A stretch of 20,779 nucleotides of DNA from Enoplolaimus lenunculus (lineage: Eukaryota). Shown here piece after piece: positions 1-10,522 of this stretch (position 1 is its first letter; every line of letters begins with the position of its first letter). The notes beneath the pieces were generated by a model that searched no databases, was not told the origin of the DNA, and saw only the letters and a list, made by a program, of their open reading frames with translations. Made by a program: the position numbers and the translations under genes. Location: NCBI GenBank assembly GCA_030248215.1, contig JASANG010003092.1, forward strand, positions 868,001 to 888,779, written 5' to 3'.

Positions 1-466
1 CCAAATGATATACCTCAAATTTCAGTATTGTCAAAAATACTAAAACAGAATGAATCCGATTGAAAAAATATTACATAACACCATAACTATTAACCTAGCT
101 ACATTATTTTCCGAGATGAATAAACATATAAAATTGTCAATTTGCGATGCCAACTACAAATAGCTCGCGTTTACCATATGAAACTATCTGCTGAAAAAAT
201 GGTTTGGTTCTAGGCTTACGTTGAGCAATATTTATGCTCATGCTTAGGATTTAGGATCAATCTTAGTGTTTGGACTTAGCTATAAGAGCTATAGCACGGG
301 ACATGTTTATATTCCAATTTCAGGGGTATCATCCTAATACTAAAATCCCAATTTCCCTTGTAAGCATGTAAGACATGCTTGTCCTAGTGCATATGCAATA
401 AATGCAATGCACATTGGGTTGTACGGTCGACACATATAGTCGACAAAAAACGCAGTTGAAGAGGCG

Positions 467-590
467 GACTACGTATCGCAGTGGTAGAGTGCTCGCTTAA
501 GGATCCGTAGGCTGAGAGTTCGACCCCTGTTCTGGCTTGCGCGCTCCTGTTTACATATGCACGGCAGATATATTTACGTAGGATATATAT
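467..590 (+). mobile_element. tRNA-derived SINE head or decayed tRNA pseudogene
   Basis: A-box-like TATCGCAGTGGTAGAG (from 474) and B-box AGTTCGACCCC (517-527) at tRNA spacing. The acceptor and anticodon stems pair poorly, and the stretch ends in an AT-rich tail. Confidence 0.6.
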
Positions 591-591
591 A

Positions 592-950
592 CTGTATTGA
601 CCCGAATAGGGGGGGGGCTGATATTTATTTGGCCCCTCTAGAGGGTACCCCCCTTGTTATTCGGTTACGGCCTGTTTTTTATTTTTAACCCACGCTCCGC
701 CGCCCCTCGTTACTGATATATATCCGGTACAGCAACTATCCTTTGAATTAAACGTATATTTGTCTCGTTTCAATAGTTTGAGCGATAATAAAAGGTTATA
801 CTTAGGAATGTACTTTCATAATTTAAGTAGGCTTTAAAATTTCGAACTCAAATTGTTTGGTCCTGGAGTCATTTATGCGCTAAAATTTAGGGTTAATTGA
901 CATTTATTGACTCTAATTAGGGTTTAGGGACTCTATCCGCTCACGGACTC
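592..950 (+). mobile_element. Non-autonomous DNA-transposon-like repeat, copy 1 (TA-flanked end CTGTATTGACCCGAATA)
   Basis: Aligns by eye (roughly 70-80%) over ~360 bp to the reverse complement of 13560-13913. Both copies start right after a TA, and the end resembles Tc1/mariner (pogo/Tc2)-type TIRs. Confidence 0.75.
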
Positions 951-956
951 CTATTT

Positions 957-1350
957 TGTCCGGACTGTCCCATCTGTCCCGTTTGTCCCATCTGTCCCAA
1001 CCGTCCCATCTGTCCCAACTGTCCCGTCTGTCCCAAGTGTCCCATCTGTCCCTACTGTCCCAGCTGTCCCATCTGTCCCAACTATCCCAACTGTCCCATC
1101 TGTCCCAACTGTCCCATCTGTCCAAACTGACCCATCTGTCCCAACTGTCCCATTTGTCTCGACTGTCCCATCTGTCCCAACTGTCCCATCTGTCCCATCT
1201 GTCCCGTTTGTCCCAACTGTCCTAATCTGTCTCAACAGTCCCATCTGTCCCAATTGTCCCAATTGCCCCAACTGTCCCATCTGTCCATCTGTCCCAACTT
1301 TCCCAACTGTCCCATCTGTCCCAACTGTCCCAACTGTCTCGCTGTCCCAA
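957..1350. repeat. 9-bp minisatellite CTGTCCCA(T/A), about 43 units, often alternating as an 18-bp dimer
   Basis: Directly visible tandem array; the minus strand reads (GGGACAGAT/GGGACAGTT)n. Confidence 0.97.
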
Positions 1351-4300
1351 TTTGGTACATTGCTGTCCCGGGAAAATGGGACGGGTACTCCTGGTACATT
1401 TCTGGCCCGGGAAAATGGGACGGCCTTTAGGGTACCATTGGCCATTGCCGCTACGCACCGCGAGCATACCGCTCTTAATTCGCGAACTGGAACGCTGGGC
1501 GGGAACGGTTCTTACGTTGCTCTGCTGTCTTGATAAAGACCCTGACCTGAATTGGATCATCGGCACAAAAGTGTAGCAGGACAATATAGAGCTTCGTAAA
1601 ACTGCAAATTCCTTGTTTAAACAGCCAATGAACGATAGTCCAAAGAATAAAAATAGATTCTGAACAGTATCCAGTTTTTGACTGAATTTTATAAAAGCTA
1701 ACGGAGGCGACACTTTGATTTAGTTTGCATGGGCTGCCTATGTTTATAATATGGAGCCGTTTAATACTACAGCAGTGCCTATAACTCTTTTCTGTTATGC
1801 AGGATATATACGTTCAGGATGTTCTATTCTCTGTGGGTATGCCTACAACAACAGCTTCGAAACACATATTTTTGCTCGGACATTCGGGGCAGCTTCGAAA
1901 TTGGTAACTATCATTTGAGAATTTGAGAGGATAACACTTTATTTTACATGGCTAAAACACTTAAATTTTCGGTGATTACACAGCGGAAACGGGCACCGAT
2001 ATTCATAGGACACAAATACGCCTATCATTGGGTTTAAGGTATCTTATAGTAGCAAATAAAGGTTCTTTTGGTCTAAGTTTCACACACATAATGAGGCTTT
2101 AAGCATAAAGGTACACAGCATAAAGTGTCAAAATATCATCTGTCAGCTAGCTGGCTACAACTTTAACAATCATTTTAAGATCAAAGAGGTAGGATATAAG
2201 ATGTGTTAGCAAAACCACCGTGAGCAAAATTAGACCGCAGTTGAATAAATAGCAATTGTACATGATTCGAATCTAGGTTTATCGTTACTACTGTAAGCAG
2301 TTAACACTGGCAGCAAGACGTCTAGTATATCCGAACAGCAATTACAAAATCTAGTATTTTGCGACTCTGACACTGAAGCGAAACTCGCTCCGGATGAGAG
2401 GCGTGGATACATGTTTGTAGCCAGGATTTTGTATAGAGAGGGGCACACAAATACTTTATAAATATGTAGTGTTAATCAATTTTCATCAATTAGTGCAGCA
2501 GGGTGCAAAACGGAACTAGATTATACCGGAATGGGATTCAAAACTACCAATTTTGTGACAATACGTATAATTTGCATTAAAAATATATTAATTTAGGGTA
2601 GCTGTTAGCTGGCCGCAATTTTCAAAAACGTCGCATCAACATACTGGCGCTGTTTTTGGTTCTGTAAAGCTAAACAATCAATTATTGTTTATTTTCAATA
2701 TAAAACGGTAGTTTTGTTTGTTTAGATGTTGAGATTTTGAGAGAGTTTTTATGTAACTTATGATTCTGCACAATGGAATCAGAATCGGAACTCGTTTTGA
2801 ATGAAATTCTGAAAGCCCGACAGAAGATTAAGCTAAGAAAAATATTCTTAACATTTTATCTTCTCTACTGCGGTCTTGTGAAAAACCGGCCAGCGGGGCA
2901 CCATTAAAAGTAATGCGGGGGTTCACGTTATAACCTGGGCAGGTGGGACACGGTTTGTACATTAAAATTTGGGCTCTCATATCGGGTCAACAGACACCAG
3001 GAATGTCATGACATTAGCTTACAAACCACCGCTCTACCAGCGGGGCAGTGAAACATTTGGGTACTAATAAATGAATGAAAAGTTGGACGGTAGCGGCACA
3101 ATTGTGCTTTAAATACCAAATACACGCCTGCAAATCGTTTCCGCCACAAAATCGCTTAAAACCACAGCTTCATAATTCAATAATTCAAATTTCATATTCT
3201 AGTATCATATGATATTCAGCAGGACAATTTGGGTATGTTACCTCAGGTATGCAGACATTTGAAAATATATAATATGATATTAGCAGACAATACCTTGAAT
3301 ATCATATGATATTGAAGAACAAAACGAGGCTCACACATGATAAAAGCAGACAAATGCGAATTTTTGAATGCGATATAAGGTCTATATGTAGGCAAAATGT
3401 TACCCTATAGTTTAATCGGGACAAAACGTGTCCCAAGCTGCCTCGGTTATAACGTTAACCCCGCATAATATGGGCTAATGTCTTTATTAAGCTTACGTAT
3501 ATTTGAATGTGGTTGTTTCTTGGAACGTAAAACGTCTAATCTGTATATAGTTCGAGAAAAATTTGACATTCGATAGAATATCAGTTCCAGCGGTTTAAAT
3601 TGGACAGAGACAAACCAAATCAACTGAATTTCAGGTGGCCAACGCAAGTATTTATTAGTCAGAAGCAATCTTCTAAACCAAATGTTTCGGTGATCCGAAA
3701 TAGAAATGTAGTCATGGATATCCGGATAAACATTCGTTAAAAATTGCCGAACATCGGATTATGAAAAAATATCCGATGCCTATCACTAACTAACATGGTA
3801 GTTTAAAAATGTTATTTAATGCATTTTTATATGAAAAATCACCCTTTACCTGATCCAGAATAATGCGGCGAATTTCCGCTATTTGTAAAGATCGATAATC
3901 AACAATACTCACTATACTACGTGCGTTGGTTTTATACACGTTTTGATCAAAATACACCGTACAAAGGTCACTACACATAACGCGTGAGAAAACAGATTTT
4001 GGTAAATATACCACCAAAGCAATGTCGGTTCATTTAATAGGAAAACATCAACAACAGTGTGGGAGTGAAACGCACATGGCATCCTAGTTTCAATTTATTC
4101 AAAAATGAAATTTTTCCAAACCATTGGGCGCCATGGCCCCTTGGTTACGCCCTTGCGTGGAAAAAATTTAATTTAAAACTGTTCTCCGCATAGGACGCAA
4201 CAACGGTTTGGAGGTGCATCCCGTATGCAGTGCAGATGCCTCATCATTGCTCCCTATTTCTTAAACAGCATTAATAAACTGTCATCAATAAAGTTTTCCT

Positions 4301-4764
4301 TTCCCTCAGAAGTGTTTTAGCCCCTCTACTAAATGGATTAAGCAAAATGTTTAAACTAGGATTGAACAAATTTCAAAAATGCCACGATAAACGGCCAATG
4401 TATTAGAGCACAGAGGCGGAGCACCGGTATAAGCATATTTCTAAGTCTAAACCTAACACCTAAGCCGAATCTTAAGAATGAATTTATACATAAGCCTAAG
4501 CCAAGCAAAAAATTATCTAAAGCTTAAAGTTACTCTATTCCAGCGCCCAGAAAAAACGTTGAAAAATTAACTTCAATTAAAAATTTGAAAAAAGTGTTAT
4601 GTTTCAACTGTAGTATCAAAAAGAAAGCGAGTCAAAAATTGCCAGGGCCGACTGTGCCACCCACTGAATGAAATATGACGATCCGCTTGTTATATTACAC
4701 TCACGCGCACGGATATCTATATCCGCCTAGATCCTATCTGGTATTAATAAAACAATATCAACAT

Positions 4765-4770
4765 TTTATT
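4765..4770 (-). terminator. Candidate polyadenylation signal (AATAAA), implying a ~1.1-kb 3' UTR
   Basis: First TTTATT I found on the + strand below the stop codon. Alternatives are at ~4094 and ~3483. Confidence 0.4.
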
Positions 4771-5843
4771 ATTTCAATATCACAATACAAAAATTCATAC
4801 ACAAATTTAGATTGGAAACAAAATAGATTCTTAAGCGGTCTTAGAAAATCTAAGTTTTAACATTGAAAAATCATGTTAGAATATAGTATTACAGTGAAAA
4901 TCAAACCAAATCTATATTATTAAAGCTGGAATGCCGCACATACGTATTTTGGGCAATGTTTCAGCATTAACAGTATTAACGCAAAAAATGCGGTCAAGAC
5001 AAGTCTGTTCTATAAAAGGAATCTGTGACTATTAGTTATTTTCTTTTGTTTATATTATGTCTAATCCAATTGCATAGTGTGCATAACACATTATAGCGAA
5101 CGCCAGCTTTAAGATGATTAATATTTTTAAAAGCACGGTGTACACGCATGATAAGCACGAATGAGTTCAAATGTTGCGCAATGGCGCAACTACGCTATTA
5201 GCCTTGATAATTTGCGTCCAAAAATAAGCCGGTAAAACCACCTTTCGATAAGATCGCTAAAACGCAAATGAACTAGCAACAAATCGATATTTTACTATTC
5301 AGCGCGAATTAAAATCATACAAACCAATGACGTATACAGCTGGGATACACAAGCAACATGGGCATGTACAAGGACAAGGAAAAGTGAACATATTTTCTGC
5401 AAAAATTTCCGAAAAGATATCAAATACTAATGGACTTTTCACAAGAATTGCAATAACATTTTAGATCTTCTAAAGATTAAAACTTTCACATGTCAGGTTA
5501 TTCGCTTTCGAAATGTGATCGTGGCAACGCCTCTGACAAGCAGTATAAAGATATGTCCCGAAACTTATTTAAACGGTTTGAAAAAATTCACACATTTGCT
5601 AATATCATCAGAAAACCATATTTGCGTTATTTCGCTGTTCAAGCAAATAATAACACAATTAACGCCTTTTCCATGTTGCTTAAGCCAGACGCTCGAATAG
5701 TTGAGTTGTAACGGCAAAAGCGTCACCCCGATAATCCGAAATACGAATTCTAGCTTGAAATTATATCTCGAACAAAAACGAAAATATTCATGTAAGAAAG
5801 GGTTAATATTCGTTTAGCGTTTAGCAGTCACTAAACTGCAATT

Positions 5844-7466
5844 TTACACATATGATATAGTCCCGTTACGTTGTGACTCGTGTTGTTTCGATGGTATATA
5901 ACGTGAAGCCGAAGTGATACTTGGGTCGTGGGTGCGGTCATACATCAAAAAGCGTGCCGGCTTAGCAGATAAAGGTTTGTTGCGGTCTGGTTCAAAGGTT
6001 GTTTTTGTTATATTGACAGAACCATAACGTCGAGGAGCGGATCCAGGTCTAGAAGGTTGGACGTTGATAGTATCGAATTCCTTGCGGTCTATAGTTCTGA
6101 TATCTTGATGTCCTGAGTTAATACTTGGTGTGTTTAATGTTCGTGATGATTTCTCATGGCATGAGCTAAGGCGGTTCGAGCTTGGAAAGGGTTCAACAGG
6201 AGTGATATTTTGTTTGTAACCGTGCGGCGACACTGCTTTTGCCGTTAGTGTAATGTTCAGTGGTTTATGATTGACAGTATTAGTGCTTAGGGGCCGATGA
6301 CAAGACTGAGACTCGTGGTCTCGATATGTAGCTCGTGTCAACTGAAGCGAAGAGTAGTAAGGGGGTTGAGAGACATCGCGCCGAGTACCTCCTCTGTTTA
6401 CCGGTGCGTTTAACGGTGGTGGTCTGACCACAGGATAATTGGCAGTTGAGTTGGAAGAAATTTGAAGTTTTAGTGTCGACGAATGATATGGAGTGTTGTC
6501 TGGCAGCCTTCGGCGTTGATCTGTGGTGCTATCCGAATCAGAAGTCAGTATGGTCGATACCGGCCGTGCGATAGGCCTTCTAGCTGGTCCGTGAGAATGC
6601 CCAGCTGTTGATCGCGCCGCCAAATTACAGTTGGGCCCAGACGGCACGTTAATCTCGGACCGAACTCCAGAGTCGCCCGAATAAAGTTGCCGAAGTTGTC
6701 GAACAGACCACGAAACTGGATACTGAAGGTCGTCGTTACTGGTATTTGATTGGCTGTCAGAGTTAGTTGGGAAGTGCTCAACTCGAAACGGTGAAATGTG
6801 ATCTGAAGCATCATTCAGTACATCTGTGGTTGCATAGTGTATAGGAACGTTGTAGACCGAACTGGAATAGCTGGCGCCACGAGTTGCTCTGGTTTCTCGC
6901 AGACTAGGTTTGTTGCCAGGTGTCGTAGGCGTAGAAGTGTACTTAGCTAGCGAGTTACCAGTTATATCACTACCTGGCGATGGAAGTGAATGCAATATTT
7001 CTGAGTTATTAAAAGCACGCTTTGAAATGAACGAAACGTCAGTACCCCGGTGCCCATCAACATCACCAGCTCTTATCCTGGGACCGGTAACGTTTTGTCC
7101 GTTTTCAGTGTCTCTGTGGGTGTCTTTTGGCGTCTTGATTGTTTGTTTTCGGAAGAATGGCCCATTTTGTGATGACGGCTGGTTAGTGGACTGTTGATCA
7201 ATAACAATTTCACCCCCGCCTAGCGTTTTCCGGCGCGGTCCGTCCCGATCGTATCGCGATATACGATTACGAACACCGCCTGAAGGAATTAGACGAGTTC
7301 CAGATCTTTCGCCGTGTTCAGTGCTATGCGGAACAACGGAAATTGTTAACGTATGCTGATTATGATTGGTTGATGGTGTAGTTTTAGATGTTGTAGTATA
7401 GTTGGTGTTGATACTGTTTTGATCCGTGTTGCTTTCAATATTTTTATTATTATTATTATTATTATT

Positions 7467-7523
<57 letters not shown>

Positions 7524-10522
7524 GCTGTTGTTGATGTCGCTATTGTTTTTGTTACTGTTCGAATACTGACTACCAAAGCCGGACACAGAATTTGGCAAGA
7601 ACGTATGAACAGACGAAATCATTACATCCGCACGTGAATTTTCCTGAGTATCCTTGGTGATGCCAGACTTTGATTGGTCTTTAGCGACGCTAGGCGAACA
7701 ATGTGCTCCAGCAAATGAACGTCTACGTAAAACCGGTACAACTGATTTGTCCTGCGGTAATGCATCACGATAAATTGTCTGCTCATTGGACGTTTTTCTC
7801 AATGATTTGTTTTGGTCTTGAGCTTGTGAAGATGAGTTAGCTAACAATTTTAATGATTCATCTGCAAGAATTTCGCTAACAGGTCTGACAGGATCGCATT
7901 CTGAAGTTGTATTCGCCAAAGCTTTGAAATAATTTTTCGATCTGGTGTCATTTCGAGGATGTTTGGCCAATGAGCCATACGGAGATGAACTAGCCCTGCC
8001 ATGGTACACTGTGGGGAGGCGGTCTGCTCGAAATACGCTACTGTTGTGAGGGTCGTTGGAATTCATTCCTTTTTCTCTGGCTCCCTTGTAGAGCGGCTGA
8101 AACGTGCTGGAAGCTCTTCTACCCTGGTCTGGCTGGCCAGATTCAATATTTTCACGGCCGGAAATTCGTTGCTTCTGCGACGACGAACGACTTACCGGCA
8201 CAGCGACAAATATACCGGGTTTATGGCTTACATCAGAAGCTGCATCTTCCACCGGTGGCTTTTCCATTCTACCTCGGTGATCAACAATCACAGTCCCTTG
8301 TACAGGTGAAAACATTTGTTGCGCCACATCGACAAAATCTTGCGCCCTTGAGCTTTCACGAGACACATGGGGCGTTGAACTTTCGGCATCGGAAGAATCT
8401 GTCACTGTACTGGTCGAATTAGCACTCGATCCAGCGGCTAATCCTCCACAAATTGAGTTGGTTTGCCGAAAAACAGCGCGATTAATTTCGTTTGATTTGG
8501 AATCGCACCCAGGGTCACTCGTCATACACACCGCTGATTCGTTGTCGGTTGAATAATTATTTGATGGCTTAGCTACTTGATAGTGGCTTAGCCTTGATGC
8601 TTTATCAGGCGCAGGTGCGATGACGTTTTCTACTGGAGGCGTATCTGAAGAAAAGTTGTCGCTCGAGATGGCAGAATCTACACTTTCTGAGTTTAAAGTA
8701 CTGCGGGACTGCGAATACGATGTCTGGCGTCTTAAATGTGCATGAGGATGTGATGGTTTACGCGTTGGATCATAACGGCTTAAATTTTCTGATGACTGCT
8801 CTGGAGTATATATTTGAATATCGGTCATCCTTGTATCATAGTTGTCGGCTGCTTTTCTGTCAAAATCGTGATTGCTTTCAGCGTTTGTGTGGCTTTTTCC
8901 ACTACGTTCTGGATGTAACGGTGAATGTAGCTCAGAACTGAGCGACGAGGAAGCGTGGCTGCTTGCTGACGGACTATGCTGTGACATTGGTTGCGGTGAG
9001 CTTTGAGCAGATGATTCGCACCGGCTACTGGCACCCCCTCCGCCGCTGTGACCGCATCGTTCTCCCTTGATGGCTCGTTGGTCGCCAGAATTGTTACCAA
9101 TTGTTAAGCTGAGCTGATCTAACGCTGGTGAGTATTTGTCGTCTGAATAATCCGTCACCGTTTCGTTGTGAGTTCGTCTTTGCTTGCTTTCACTATTTTT
9201 TTGTCCGGACTGTTCTCGTTGTGTTTCCAAATTAGTGTTGTTCGGTATTTGATGCTCAATAAATATACGTTCACCGGATTGAGACCGTCTTACAGACGAA
9301 ATACGATCGCAACAATGCTCTGATGAGTTGCAAACCTCAGCACTGTTAGACTTCGAAGTTCCATTTGCAGCTGTGGCACGATTTTGTTGTTGTGCGATGA
9401 TTCGTCGACGGGCTGAGCTTGGATTGATCACGGCGCGACGAGATTGGTTGTTTGCGTTGTCCAGACCATCTGACTGATCGACGCTTATTGGCCGACGTGA
9501 CAACGTGTCTGGAACGCCTATCTGCGACTGGCTGGTTGCGTTATCTAGACTAATTCGATGATCAATGCTGATTGGTCGACCTGACGGCGACCTTACGACG
9601 CCGGTCTGTGATTGGTTACCTGTGTCGTCTGGTGGATAATCACAGCTCCGGCGGCGATGAAATCGATTATAATGATGATGATGATGTGAATCAATGCTTG
9701 TTGAACTTTCGCCAGAATTGTACAGCGAATCCACGCTGGATACAAACGGAGCTGGGGGCGTTGTTGATTTTCCAGGGGTCGGAGGTGGCGTTGGTCTACT
9801 GTTAGAGGTATATCCATTGGTCCCAGCGTCCGTACGATGATTTCGTGACGATACACGACGGCACGGCAGTGTTGCGCTGGCTTGTAGGTCACGTCGAGAC
9901 GCAGAATACGCGTGGGCTTGAATGGTCTGTTTGGATAGATCAAAATTACCACCTGAAGAACTGTCGTAGCATGGACTTGGATGTCTGAATTCGATAATAA
10001 TCGGCAACTGATGATTGAATTCCGTTCCACTCTCTGAGTCTGAAATATTTTCGTCGCTGATTGGGGCGGTGGTTCGGTGGGCTGGTTGCGAGCAGACGCC
10101 AGGATTTTGGCGTTCACGACTGGATACTTTCGGTCCATAGCGTCCACGCATTTCGTCAGTTGATATATCGGCATTCATGGGTAAATTTGCGCGCGAAACA
10201 GGACTAGCTATGTCATTATCATCGATGTCACCGGACGATGGGGAATGTTTCGTATCCGTAGACGAGCAGTAATGTCGTAATGGTCGCATACTGCTACTAT
10301 CGTCGAGACCTGAGTCCCGGGAGCTTGATGCAGTATTAACTTTTGTTTTCCCTGATTCTAACTGGCTACTGCTTGTCCCAGAAGACACCATTGCGCTTGC
10401 ATAGTGATCCGAATTTTGACGATTGTCATTTCCAGTGAACGAAATAAACATGGGCGAAGGGCTGGCAAGTGAATCAATTGAGCTGCTGATAGCATCACTT
10501 GCCGGCGCTCGTCTTCGAAATC
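5844..10522 (-). CDS. ARHGAP20: Terminal coding exon, ~1559-aa Ser/Asn/Arg-rich disordered tail ending ...GTISYV*
   Basis: 4.7-kb uninterrupted ORF. The acceptor gtttttAG at 10523-10524 is phase 1, matching the previous donor. The ORF-track start (MFL) is intronic. Confidence 0.9.

Noticed and set aside
467..536. Functional tRNA gene
   Set aside because: A and B boxes are present, but the acceptor and anticodon stems do not pair.
957..1350. CRISPR-like array
   Set aside because: Tandem 9-mers with no unique spacers, no cas genes, and a eukaryotic context.
913..1445. ORFs with GTD/GTV (collagen-like Gly-X-Y), WDR/WDS and LSH/LSQ repeats
   Set aside because: By-products of a stop-free 9-bp minisatellite read in several frames; the array has frame-breaking indels and no gene context.
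1803..1836. Possible + strand micro-exon (ttttctgttatgcAG...GTatgc)
   Set aside because: No partner exons or recognisable peptide; such site pairs arise by chance.
2497..3790. Further MITE-like fragments (~2500-2820, 2865-3065, 3685-3788; also 12085-12252 and 20250-20382)
   Set aside because: Terminal motifs are suggestive, but I could not establish paired TIRs or target duplications.
2230..5711. Short ORFs (61-75 aa) in the downstream and 3' UTR region
   Set aside because: No domain similarity or splice support; lengths are as expected by chance.
6545..10174. Overlapping or antisense ORFs in the large exon (poly-T, poly-V/I, 193-aa)
   Set aside because: Shadow frames of the real coding exon and its microsatellite; no recognisable domains.
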